Below, piece after piece: positions 17,989-27,301 of a stretch of DNA of 64,000 bases. Every line of letters starts with the position of its first letter. Within the stretch, counting starts at the first letter, position 1. Below the pieces are notes generated by a model. It was given only the letters and a program-made list of their open reading frames with translations. It was not told where the DNA came from and ran no database searches. The DNA is from Candidatus Undinarchaeota archaeon (lineage in GTDB: Archaea > SpSt-1190 > JASMDC01), in NCBI GenBank assembly GCA_964519305.1, contig CAZFHY010000011.1, positions 32,001 through 96,000 of the forward strand, read 5' to 3'. A program made the position numbers and the translations under genes.

Positions 17989-19608
17989 TTGAATATGTAC
18001 CCCCGACCTCACGGGATCATGACTTCGCCCGTACCAACACCTCTGGGTGACGCTGTTCAGGCAGCCTACCGCCGGGGTGAGGACGACGAGGCCATGGAAC
18101 CGCTCGTACTTGTGGACGGCGCCGATCAACCTATCGGCCGTATCAAGGACGGCGACCATGTAATCTTCTACGACATCCGCGGCGAGCGGGAGGTGGAACT
18201 GACCCTGGCTTTCGTGGACCCGCGGTTCACCCACTTCTCCATCGAACCCATGACCGTGCCGTTCACGACCATGATCGAGTACCGCAGCGACCTCCCCGTG
18301 TCCGTTGCCTTCCCGCCCCCAGGACGTCTGGACGATACGTTGGCCCACGTGGTCAGCCGGGCCGGCCTGCGCCAGGCGCGGATCGCCGAGTCGGAGAAGG
18401 CCATCCATATCACATACTTCTTCTCAGGTAAGTGCGAGAAGCCGCTTCCAGGAGAGGAGCGCGAGGAAGTGCCATCGCCACGGGACGTGCCCTTCGACAC
18501 CGTCCCACAGATGAACGCCGAGGGTGTCGCGGACGCAGTTATCCGCAGGCTCAAAGAACCGGAGCTTGCCTTCATCACAGCCAACCTCGCCAACGTGGAC
18601 GTCGTGGGCCATCTCGAGAACCGCGAGGCCATCGGGACGGCCGTTGCGGCCGTGGATGCGGCGGCAGGGCGAATCATCAAATCCGCACGAGCTGCCGGCG
18701 TGACAACGCTCGTGACGGCCGACCATGGGACTGTGGAGAGTTGGCTCTACCCGGACGGTTCGATCGATACCGGTCACACGAAAAGTCAGGTTCCCTTCGT
18801 GCTCGTCCCCCCCGAGGGTGCACCCGCGGGGATCGCTCTTCGGGATAGTGGTGAGCTTGCTGACGTAGCGCCTACGGCCGCAGCCCTCCTGGACCTGGAG
18901 ACCCCCCCCTCCTGGACGGGGCGTCCGTTACTTGCGGATACGACCGCGCTCTCGCCCGGACGTGTGCTTATCCTCATCCTCGACGGATGGGGGGAGGGTG
19001 ACGGCGGGGACGGCGACCTGATCGCTTCAGCGAGCACGCCGGTCATGGACCGGCTCCGCTCGGTCTATCCTAGCACCACCCTGCGCGCCGCAGGCGAATC
19101 TGTGGGGATGCCATCAAAGGCTGTTGGCAACTCGGAGGTAGGTCATCTTCACCTGGGTGCTGGACGCCGGATCCCGTCGGACCGTGTCCGCATCGATACA
19201 GCGCTTGCTGATGGGAGCTTCCTTGAGAACCCGGCCTTCCTGAACGCTGTACGCGCCTCACGTGATGCCGGTACGGCACTTCATCTATTGGGTATCATAT
19301 CGTTTTACTCCTCTCACGGCTCCGTGCGCCATCTAGAAGCGCTGCTGGAGCTGGCTGCCCGCGAGCGTCATCCCGAGGTGTACGTCCACGGGATGCTGGG
19401 CCGGCGCGGTGAGCGCCCCGAAGCGGGCGCAGGTTACGTGCGCGACGTCGAACAGGAGTGTGCCCGTCTCGGCGTCGGACGGGTCACGACCATGATAGGA
19501 CGCTTCTGGTCCCTGGACAGGGAGGAGAACTGGGACCGTATCGAGAAGACCTATGACGCGCTCGTCCGCGGCGTGGCACGACACGTACCGGACGATTCCA
19601 AGGAGTGA
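17989..19608 (+). CDS. gpmI: 2,3-BPG-independent phosphoglycerate mutase, circularly permuted
   Basis: All iPGM motifs are present but in permuted order. AESEK, NLANVDVVGH, TADHG, GHT and LADVAPT come before ILDGWG, GNSEVGH, GAGR and GRFWSLDR. The start may be ATG 17995 or 18019. Confidence 0.9.
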   Translation: MNMYPRPHGIMTSPVPTPLGDAVQAAYRRGEDDEAMEPLVLVDGADQPIGRIKDGDHVIFYDIRGEREVELTLAFVDPRFTHFSIEPMTVPFTTMIEYRSDLPVSVAFPPPGRLDDTLAHVVSRAGLRQARIAESEKAIHITYFFSGKCEKPLPGEEREEVPSPRDVPFDTVPQMNAEGVADAVIRRLKEPELAFITANLANVDVVGHLENREAIGTAVAAVDAAAGRIIKSARAAGVTTLVTADHGTVESWLYPDGSIDTGHTKSQVPFVLVPPEGAPAGIALRDSGELADVAPTAAALLDLETPPSWTGRPLLADTTALSPGRVLILILDGWGEGDGGDGDLIASASTPVMDRLRSVYPSTTLRAAGESVGMPSKAVGNSEVGHLHLGAGRRIPSDRVRIDTALADGSFLENPAFLNAVRASRDAGTALHLLGIISFYSSHGSVRHLEALLELAARERHPEVYVHGMLGRRGERPEAGAGYVRDVEQECARLGVGRVTTMIGRFWSLDREENWDRIEKTYDALVRGVARHVPDDSKE

Positions 19609-20633
19609 GCATCATGACAGAACAGGACCCACGTATCGCACAGGACCTTGTACGAACGGAGGCCTTCCCCGAGAAGACCGGCCCCGCAACGTTGGTACAG
19701 ACCCATATTTCCTTCGTGTTCATCGCCGACGAGCATGTGTACAAGGTGAAGAAGGCCGTTGACTTCGGTTTCCTCGACTTCTCCTCCCTTGAGAAGCGAA
19801 AGCGCTTCTGCGACGCTGAGGTTTCACTCAATCGACGACTGTCGCCCCACGTATACCTAGAGGTCGTACCGGTGACCGAGAGCGATGGTCGTCTGGTGTT
19901 CGGCGGAAACGGTGAACCCGTGGAGTGGGCCGTTCGGATGCGCCGGATCCCTATGGACAGGCAGATGCTCAAATTGATCGAGACCGGTGGCATTGTCGAG
20001 CCGGATGTACGTCGTGTGGCCGAGACGATCGCCCGGTTCCACCGTGAAGAACCGGTCAAACCCGAACTGGCCAAGTACGGCTCCCTCGAGACGGTGAAAT
20101 TCAACACCGACGAGAACTTCGAGCAGACGGTCGGTTACATAGACCGCACGATCACCCGTGAACAATATGATACACTGAAGGCCTACACGGATGCCTTCTA
20201 TCGTGAGCAGGTCAATCTATTGGCCCGACGTGTATCCGGGGGTTTCGTCAAGGACTGCCATGGCGACCTTCATCTGGAGCATATAATCCTCACTGATCCG
20301 GTGACGGTGTTCGACTGCATCGAGTTCAACGAGCGGTTCCGCTACTCCGACACCGCCGCTGATATCGCCTTCCTTGCCATGGAACTGGACTTCCGTGACC
20401 ACCCGGAGCTCACTAAAGTGCTCATGGAGGCCTATGTGACCGCCTCGGGCGATCCTGAGGTGATGGACATGCTCACCTTCTACAAGGTATATCGGGCCTA
20501 TGTGCGGGGCAAGGTGATCTCGTTCAGGCTGGACGATCCCAACATACCCGAGGACGAGAAGCAGAAGGCCATCGAGAGCGCCTCGAAGTACTTCGGACTG
20601 GCCCACTCATATGTCGCGGAGGTACCTGAGTGA
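19605..20633 (+). CDS. APH/kinase-like phosphotransferase (COG2187, N-terminal half of the Rv2004c-like family)
   Basis: QTHISFVF, VYKVKK.VDFGFLDFS, HGDLH, FDCIEFNERFR and YRAYVRGKV. GTGA overlap with the upstream gene. Confidence 0.9.
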   Translation: MSIMTEQDPRIAQDLVRTEAFPEKTGPATLVQTHISFVFIADEHVYKVKKAVDFGFLDFSSLEKRKRFCDAEVSLNRRLSPHVYLEVVPVTESDGRLVFGGNGEPVEWAVRMRRIPMDRQMLKLIETGGIVEPDVRRVAETIARFHREEPVKPELAKYGSLETVKFNTDENFEQTVGYIDRTITREQYDTLKAYTDAFYREQVNLLARRVSGGFVKDCHGDLHLEHIILTDPVTVFDCIEFNERFRYSDTAADIAFLAMELDFRDHPELTKVLMEAYVTASGDPEVMDMLTFYKVYRAYVRGKVISFRLDDPNIPEDEKQKAIESASKYFGLAHSYVAEVPE

Positions 20634-21196
20634 AAGCGCTCGTGATTACCTGCGGGCTCATGGGCTCTGGAAAGAGCAGAGTCGCTAGCGCCCTCGGCGA
20701 GGTGCTCGCAACCGATGTGGTCTCTTCAGATATCGTACGCAAGGAGCTCACCAACGTGGACCTGGATGAGCATCGGTACGTTTCGTTCGATAAGGGAATC
20801 TACTCTGGGGATACGACGCGTCTGGTCTACGAGCATATGTGCGAACGGGCGATCACCTGGCTTAAATCCGGTCAACCCATCGTGCTGGACGCTTGTTTCG
20901 GGAAACGCTGGCAACGCGATCTTGCTCGCAACGCTGCTCTTCAGGTTGGCGCCCCGTTCCTCTGCGTTGAGGTAACTTGTCCCATCAGCGAACTGAAGCG
21001 GCGACTTGCCTCGAGAGAGGCGGACGGAACGGATGTGTCCGATGGGCGGTTGGAGATATTTGAGGAGCACAGGCGAAAGTTCGAGGCCATTGAGGAGTTA
21101 GCGGCTCCCGAGCATATGGTCGTGGACGGTCAGGCCCCTCCGGAAGAGAACGCCCAGTCGGTCCTTGCTGACCTGAAGAAACGCACCTCCAAGTAA
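20630..21196 (+). CDS. P-loop kinase (AAA_33/COG0645, C-terminal half of the Rv2004c-like family)
   Basis: Walker A GLMGSGKS, SSDIVRK, GIYS, VLDACF and SDG. GTGA overlap. Confidence 0.9.
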   Translation: MKALVITCGLMGSGKSRVASALGEVLATDVVSSDIVRKELTNVDLDEHRYVSFDKGIYSGDTTRLVYEHMCERAITWLKSGQPIVLDACFGKRWQRDLARNAALQVGAPFLCVEVTCPISELKRRLASREADGTDVSDGRLEIFEEHRRKFEAIEELAAPEHMVVDGQAPPEENAQSVLADLKKRTSK

Positions 21197-21238
21197 GGGC
21201 CTGGACATGGGGGCAGGGAATGATCCTACCCCGTTTCA

Positions 21239-21311
21239 TGGACTGGACGGGATTTGAACCCGTGGCCTCCGCCTTGCGAAGGCGGCGCTCTACCAGCTGA
21301 GCTACCAGCCC
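21239..21311 (-). tRNA. tRNA-Ala(CGC)
   Basis: GGGCTGGTAGCTCAGCTGGTAGAGCGCCGCCTTCGCAAGGCGGAGGCCACGGGTTCAAATCCCGTCCAGTCCA. It forms a cloverleaf with the G3.U70 Ala identity pair. No encoded CCA and no intron. Confidence 0.97.
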
Positions 21312-21431
21312 ACCGTGGCGTGTCGGCGCTATAGACTTATATTGCTTATCTACAGGCGGGCGCCGACGCGAACACAGGGAGAAGAAAAGGGAAAGGGTCT
21401 TAAGCAGGTGGTGTCAGTTCATGTCTGTACC

Positions 21432-23681
21432 ATGGCGCAAACCGCCCGTACCGTTGTACGTATCACCGGCATGCTGCTGCTCTTGGCGCTCATGGCCCAA
21501 CCCGTCATGGGGGTCACTATCGACAACCCTCGAGAGAAGGGCTACGCCCGCCTCAAGTTCACATACAGTGCTGCCATGGAGGCCACTCCCAAGAGCACTG
21601 ATGCCCGGTTGAGCGAACTGACCGTCCTCGTCTTCCGAGTTCCACAGGAGGACGCAAGGCAGCGCATCGTCTCACTTGACGTTGATTCTCCGGGCAAGCT
21701 CGATACTGATGCGCTCGGGAATCGCTATGCAACGTTCACCTGGAAGGAAGTGGCGCCGGAGGGTACCTACCCCCTCAAGATAACCACTGAGGTCGAGGTG
21801 CGTGCGAGGCAGGTCCCGGTCCGTGATCCACCACCTTTCCCGCTTCCTCCTGACGATGTGACGGGTCATCGAAATTTCCTCACTCCCGGTCAGTTCACGA
21901 CCTATGACAAGGAGATGGCTGCCATCGCTTTCGAGGTCACTCGCGATGCGACCGACGCTATGGATGCGGCCATGCTCCTTGCAGCATGGGTGCACGATCA
22001 CGTGACATACGATCCCGTCTGCGGTGACACGATCCGCGGCGCAGCTTGGACGTTCGAGAACAAGCGCGGTACGTGCGACGAGATAACCCACCTGTACATG
22101 TCGCTGTGCAGGGCGGTCGGGCTTCCCGTCAGGTACGTTTCCGGTTACGCGTTCGGCACATTCGAGGAATCGGATGATTGGGGCCCGCACGCCTGGGCCG
22201 AGGTGTTCCTCCCCGGTACGGGCTGGGTGCCCATGGACCCGACCTATAATGAGATCGGCTGGCTCGATCCCACACATCTCAAGATCTCCGTGTCCACTGA
22301 TGGCAATACGACGTCAGAGCGTCACACGGTACGTTACGTTGACGTGGAGCTCATTAAGAGCCCTCCGACGATATCCGTCGATGTGCTAGATACAGCCGAT
22401 GCGACCCCACCAATGACCCTTTCCCTCGACGCACCGGATGAACTGGGCGCCAACGATCCCGTGCTCATCCGTGCTCGTGTCAAGAACCTGCGCGATACCG
22501 TGCTAGTCACTAACCTCAAGCTTGGCTACCGTACCGAGAAGGGCGAGTTCAATCTCATCTGGGGACGAGAAGAGCAATCGCTCAGACTGGAGCCTCGTGA
22601 GGAGGCCGAACTCCACTGGATGCTCCAGGCCCCAGACCTGACCCTTGAGTGCACCACTGATGGGACAGGCCGCAGGTTCTGCACCTACTACCAGTACGAT
22701 TTCGCAGTGCACTCCGACGTGACCGCTAACGTGAGCGTGCGGTTCGTTTCCAATCATGAGCGGACCGCCGGGCTCAGGGTGGACCTCCCCAAGGACCGCT
22801 ATGGTGTGGGGGAGGAGGTGCGCGCAGCGTTGAGCGTGGACGAGCCTACGGCAGTGTACGTCATCACCGACGTTACCCAGCTCGATACATCACAGTACGA
22901 CGTGGACGGAGCGAGCGCACTGACCTTCCCGGCGGACCGCTCCGGGACGCTCCTCATCTACGCTGTGGACGGGACGCTGGTCAACCATACGATCCATGTT
23001 TCCCTGGACGGTGCAATTTCAGCTGACTCAGTATCGTTCCCCGAGCACGTGACGAAGGGCGATACCATCCCGGTATCGATAATCTTGAGAAACACTGGGA
23101 GCCGGGATGCATCCCGGTTCGCCGTCCGTGTGAGCAGCCAGAACCTCGTGCTCGCAGAGCGCGTGGTCGATGCCTTGTCTGCGGGAGCATCGACCGATAT
23201 AATGCTGGATGTGCCCTCTACGACGCTCGGGGTGGGCGAGCATGTCCTCACCCTGGAGGTAGGTGGTGAGAATCCCACTCAGTACTTCGGGCATGTACGC
23301 ATAGAGGGCGCTCCTGCGTTGGTGATGTCGGCAAAGTTACCGGCCCGGATGGTCGCAGGTCGGCGCTACCGCAGTGTTCTGACCTTGGCGAACACCGGCA
23401 CAGCTCCCGCAACAGGGATTACATTTAATGTCGTTCTACCGCCCGGGCTAGCCTTCTCTGGATTCCCGTACCCGCCCACCCTGAACGAGGGCGAGGTCCA
23501 CACAAGGGCAGTTGAGATCGTGCCCGGCTACGATATGCCCGCGGGGAACCACACGCTTGCCATGGAGCTCGTCCACGGAGGATTGACGACGCGACGTGAT
23601 TTCAGTTTCGAAGTCGAGAACGGCCTGAGACTCCAGTTCCTAGCACTACTGGAATCGATCTACAAGCTCATTGTAGGCTGA
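21432..23681 (+). CDS. Secreted transglutaminase-like protein with CARDB/Ig-like domains
   Basis: Signal peptide from ATG 21432. GTCDE...RAVGLPVRYVSG and HAWAEV...GWVPMDPT give the Cys-His-Asp triad. Repeated xRNTG/ANTG domains follow. Confidence 0.9.
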   Translation: MAQTARTVVRITGMLLLLALMAQPVMGVTIDNPREKGYARLKFTYSAAMEATPKSTDARLSELTVLVFRVPQEDARQRIVSLDVDSPGKLDTDALGNRYATFTWKEVAPEGTYPLKITTEVEVRARQVPVRDPPPFPLPPDDVTGHRNFLTPGQFTTYDKEMAAIAFEVTRDATDAMDAAMLLAAWVHDHVTYDPVCGDTIRGAAWTFENKRGTCDEITHLYMSLCRAVGLPVRYVSGYAFGTFEESDDWGPHAWAEVFLPGTGWVPMDPTYNEIGWLDPTHLKISVSTDGNTTSERHTVRYVDVELIKSPPTISVDVLDTADATPPMTLSLDAPDELGANDPVLIRARVKNLRDTVLVTNLKLGYRTEKGEFNLIWGREEQSLRLEPREEAELHWMLQAPDLTLECTTDGTGRRFCTYYQYDFAVHSDVTANVSVRFVSNHERTAGLRVDLPKDRYGVGEEVRAALSVDEPTAVYVITDVTQLDTSQYDVDGASALTFPADRSGTLLIYAVDGTLVNHTIHVSLDGAISADSVSFPEHVTKGDTIPVSIILRNTGSRDASRFAVRVSSQNLVLAERVVDALSAGASTDIMLDVPSTTLGVGEHVLTLEVGGENPTQYFGHVRIEGAPALVMSAKLPARMVAGRRYRSVLTLANTGTAPATGITFNVVLPPGLAFSGFPYPPTLNEGEVHTRAVEIVPGYDMPAGNHTLAMELVHGGLTTRRDFSFEVENGLRLQFLALLESIYKLIVG

Positions 23682-23692
23682 CGTGCGGGACG

Positions 23693-24604
23693 TCACTCAA
23701 GGGAGACGGCCAGGTCCTTCTTCTCCAGCTCTTCCTTCCGCCCCAGGGCTTCCTGGACCGTTGTCAGCAGGTCGTCCATGGACTCAAGATGCTGTTCCTG
23801 CTGCTTCTCCAGACGCTCCACCTGCTCGAGCCGACGGACGAGGGATTTCTCGATGTTGATGATACGCCCATCCAGGAGCGCGAACTCCTTGCGCATGGTC
23901 TCCTCCCAGTCGTGGAGCCTGTCGTTCACACGGCCCTCGATACCGGTCATGGTCTCCTCAAGCTTGCCCACCCGGCTCTTAAGGGCCACCATATCGGCCT
24001 TCAGTTCGCTCGACCGGTCGCCGGACACGTGCTCTAGTCGCTCGGTGAGCTCCTCCAGAAGCTTCAAGCGGGTCTCCAGCTCGATTATGTGCTCCTCATG
24101 CGGGCCGGGCGATTCCTCTAGGTGCCTGATCCGGCCTTCCAGAGCGAGGCCGCTCTTCTGGAGGGCGAGCACACCATCGTTCATCTCCTTGAGGTGGCGG
24201 TCAACGGCACTGGACGAGCGCTCCACGGTAGTGGCCAGATCGACCACCTTGCCGATGGTATCCTCCAGGAAGGTGCGGTCCTTGGTGAACTTCTCCATCT
24301 CACCTGCAAGGAGCTCCACACGACGCACCTCTGACTTGATCTGCTGTCGCAGGTCGTCGGAGCGTTCAGTCAGCTCGACAAGTCGCTCGACCTCGTCAAC
24401 GACCTTCATGCCCTCGACGCGCTCCATGCGCTGGAACATGCGCTTCTCGATGTCGGTGACGTGGCCGCGAAGGGTATCGAGCTCTTCACGCGCCTCTAGG
24501 ACGTCCTTCTTGGGAGATAGCTCGGCGAAACGGCGTCGACAGAGCTTTGACAGCTCTGTGAGGTGGGTGTTCAATACCTCAAGCTCTTCCTCAACGTTGG
24601 TCAT
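23693..24604 (-). CDS. Coiled-coil protein
   Basis: Glu/Leu/Arg heptad pattern throughout; GAGGAG upstream. Confidence 0.75.
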   Translation of the reverse strand: MTNVEEELEVLNTHLTELSKLCRRRFAELSPKKDVLEAREELDTLRGHVTDIEKRMFQRMERVEGMKVVDEVERLVELTERSDDLRQQIKSEVRRVELLAGEMEKFTKDRTFLEDTIGKVVDLATTVERSSSAVDRHLKEMNDGVLALQKSGLALEGRIRHLEESPGPHEEHIIELETRLKLLEELTERLEHVSGDRSSELKADMVALKSRVGKLEETMTGIEGRVNDRLHDWEETMRKEFALLDGRIINIEKSLVRRLEQVERLEKQQEQHLESMDDLLTTVQEALGRKEELEKKDLAVSLE

Positions 24605-24746
24605 CGCGCTATCACTCCTCTAGCCCTATCCCATGGGGTGCCGTCTTCCTTTATATTTTCGTTGATTTCCCGGACCTGGGTACCGGCATCGCACGCCCCA
24701 TACATAGTTATTTGAGCATTGACCGGATGATGGGGGGGGAACGGCC

Positions 24747-26066
24747 GTGGTACCTGCACGTCAGAGCGACCTGTTCACTTGGGGGCCCGAGAGTGCACCC
24801 GCCTCTCATGATGATAATTCTAGCCCGATGACCGGCTCTGACAGCACCCCCACATCCCCTCCGAAAGAGGAGAACGTGATCTCTGTAACAGAGCTCACCG
24901 CCCGCATCAAGGGTCTTATCGAGCGGGATAGCGCGCTCGCTGACCTCCGCGTGCGGGGCGAGCTCTTGGGTGTAAAGGAACACTCCAGTGGCCACTGGTA
25001 TTTCACACTGAAGGATGAGGATGCCGTTGTCAGCTGCGTCATGTGGAGGAGCAGTGCTTCAAAGCTGCGATTCACTCCGGAGGACGGACTGGAGGTGGTG
25101 GTCCGCGGGCACATATCTGTCTATGAACGACGTGGTCAGTACCAGCTCTACGTGCGGTCCTTGGAGCCTGCGGGGAAGGGCGGGCTGTACGAGGCCTTCG
25201 AGCGGCTCAAGCGTCGCCTTGAGACCGAGGGATTGTTCGCCCCTGAGCGCAAGCGGCCCCTTCCAGAGTTCCCCCGGCGGATCGGGGTAGTGACGTCCCC
25301 GACCGGCGCCGCTGTACGCGACATAATCAACGTGCTGGGCCGGCGCTGGCCCCTGACGAGCGTCCTTCTGGCCCCTGCGAAGGTACAGGGGGAGGGCGCT
25401 GCAGAAGAGGTGGCGGCGGCAATAACCCGGTTGAGCGAGCGCGATGACATCGACGTGCTCATAGTGGGGCGCGGGGGCGGCTCACTTGAGGACCTGTGGG
25501 CGTTCAATGAGGAGGTAGTAGCAAGGGCCATCGCTCAGAGCTCTGTCCCGGTCATATCTGCAGTGGGTCACGAGACAGACTTCACCATTGCCGACTTCGT
25601 GGCGGACGAGCGCGCCCCTACTCCCTCGGCAGCCGCGGAGGTGGCCGTACCGGACCAGACCGGAATGGCCCAGAGCGTGAGCGAGCTTGGAGGGCGATGC
25701 GCGGCCAGTGTCCGGGGACGGCTCGGTCAGGGGCGTAGCGCGATGGCTTTGGCAGTTCAAGCGCTTCATGCCCGCGATCCTCGTCGACGCATCGAACAGG
25801 TGCGACAGACCGTCGACATGCTCACGATGACCCTCACTAACGCCATAATCACATACATTGCAGAGGGGAGGAGCTCCCTTGAGCGGACCGCTGGACGCCT
25901 TGAGGCCCTCGATCCCAATGCAGTCCTTCAACGCGGTTACTCGATCACATTAGCTGGTGAGATGATCGTTCGAGATGCGACAAGCCTCGCACCCGGCGAT
26001 GCTGTTCGCACCATACTTGCCCGGGGTGCTGTTACATCACGGGTGGAAAACGTCGAAGATGAATGA
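24747..26066 (+). CDS. xseA: Exodeoxyribonuclease VII large subunit
   Basis: SGHWYFTLKD, VVTSPTGAA.RD, GRGGGSLEDLWAFN, SAVGHETD and RAPTPS. The true start may be ATG 24828. Confidence 0.97.
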   Translation: MVPARQSDLFTWGPESAPASHDDNSSPMTGSDSTPTSPPKEENVISVTELTARIKGLIERDSALADLRVRGELLGVKEHSSGHWYFTLKDEDAVVSCVMWRSSASKLRFTPEDGLEVVVRGHISVYERRGQYQLYVRSLEPAGKGGLYEAFERLKRRLETEGLFAPERKRPLPEFPRRIGVVTSPTGAAVRDIINVLGRRWPLTSVLLAPAKVQGEGAAEEVAAAITRLSERDDIDVLIVGRGGGSLEDLWAFNEEVVARAIAQSSVPVISAVGHETDFTIADFVADERAPTPSAAAEVAVPDQTGMAQSVSELGGRCAASVRGRLGQGRSAMALAVQALHARDPRRRIEQVRQTVDMLTMTLTNAIITYIAEGRSSLERTAGRLEALDPNAVLQRGYSITLAGEMIVRDATSLAPGDAVRTILARGAVTSRVENVEDE

Positions 26067-26082
26067 TAGGGAAGTGATGCTT

Positions 26083-26352
26083 ATGACCGATGACACCACA
26101 ACAGACGAAAGAGATGATGCTGGCCAGGGGAAGGACTTCGAGTCGGCATTGATACGTCTCAAGGAGGTGACCATGACTCTCGAAGGGGGCGACCTCAGCC
26201 TGGAGGAGTCCATGCGTCTCTTCGAGGAGGGGATGCGCTTGGCCGCTCAATGCTCCAAGAGATTGGATAAAGCAGAGCAGCGAGTGGAGGCTTTAGTGGC
26301 CGGTAAGGACGGTGACCGGACGGAACCCTTCGCACCAATGGAAGAGCCTTGA
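26083..26352 (+). CDS. xseB: Exodeoxyribonuclease VII small subunit
   Basis: FESALIRLKE...LEGGDLSLEESMRLFEEGMRL...C...L..AEQRV; directly after xseA. Confidence 0.93.
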   Translation: MTDDTTTDERDDAGQGKDFESALIRLKEVTMTLEGGDLSLEESMRLFEEGMRLAAQCSKRLDKAEQRVEALVAGKDGDRTEPFAPMEEP

Positions 26353-26355
26353 GGA

Positions 26356-26853
26356 TTATCCTTTGAGCACATGATAGACCAGATGGGCCATCTCGGAGGA
26401 TGCCAGGCGTGCACCAAGTGTGGCCGCCTTTGGCGAACCGGGTACACAGAACACAGCCCGCCCCTCCACAACTCCCGCCGTTGCTCGTGAGAGGAACGCG
26501 GCAGTTCCTACCTGCTCTACAGAACGGGCACGGAATAGTTCTCCGAACCCCGGTAACGTCTTGTCAAGTAGAGGCTCCACGGTCTCGATTGTGATGTCAC
26601 GAGGTCCGACGCCCGTCCCTCCCGTGCAGAAAACGACGTCCACGTCCTTCTCCTGAACCACCGAGCGTATGGCGGCGGGATCGTCGGGGACCACCCGTAC
26701 CTCTACAACCGTTATTCCCGCACGCTCCAGCTCATCCCTGGCGGCAGGGCCTGACCGGTCCTCGCGTTCGCCGCTGTGGCACCTGTCGCTCACGGTGACG
26801 ATCCGGGCCTTTACGGGGCGGTCGTCAGGGGGTCTGTGGTGATGGTCACTCAC
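26356..26853 (-). CDS. moaB: Molybdopterin adenylyltransferase MoaB/MogA
   Basis: TVSD...EDRSG, VPDD, TGGTGVGPRDIT.E, LPGFGE, LSRA.AG and PGSP. Confidence 0.93.
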   Translation of the reverse strand: MSDHHHRPPDDRPVKARIVTVSDRCHSGEREDRSGPAARDELERAGITVVEVRVVPDDPAAIRSVVQEKDVDVVFCTGGTGVGPRDITIETVEPLLDKTLPGFGELFRARSVEQVGTAAFLSRATAGVVEGRAVFCVPGSPKAATLGARLASSEMAHLVYHVLKG

Positions 26854-27295
26854 GAGGACCACCCTTTATCTTGTCCTCTACCAAGATATCAGCGATGCGT
26901 GTCGACGGGTACTGACCATCTTCATCCTTCTCGTAGGCCTTGGTCATGTCCCATACGGCAAGTAGGGCGGCGGAAACCCCTGTGAGCGCCTCCATCTCCA
27001 CACCGGTGCGCGCCCGACTCTTGACTGTAACGGTGCACACGATTGCCTCCTCACCAAGGTCCCAGTCGACATCCACCCGCTCGATCGGGAGGGGATGGCA
27101 CAGGGGCACGATGCGCGGAGTATCCTTGACGGCGAGAACCGCGGCAACTCGTGCAGTGGCCAGGACATCACCCTTGGCGGCCCTGCCCTCCCTGACCAGT
27201 GTGATGGTCCCGGGGCTGAGCAGGATGCGACCTGAGGCCCGTGCGGTGCGCGGTACGACCGGTTTCTCGGATACGTCGACCATGGCGGTTCCCAT
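26846..27295 (-). CDS. moaC: Cyclic pyranopterin monophosphate synthase
   Basis: MVDVSEK, KGDVL, PLCHP, TGVEMEAL and WDMTKAYEKD..GQYP (archaeal-type tail). Confidence 0.96.
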   Translation of the reverse strand: MGTAMVDVSEKPVVPRTARASGRILLSPGTITLVREGRAAKGDVLATARVAAVLAVKDTPRIVPLCHPLPIERVDVDWDLGEEAIVCTVTVKSRARTGVEMEALTGVSAALLAVWDMTKAYEKDEDGQYPSTRIADILVEDKIKGGPRE

Positions 27296-27301
27296 TATTC
27301 A

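Noticed and set aside
23778-24623. 281-aa Ser/Arg-rich plus-strand ORF
   Set aside because: Antisense mirror of the Glu/Leu coiled-coil gene.
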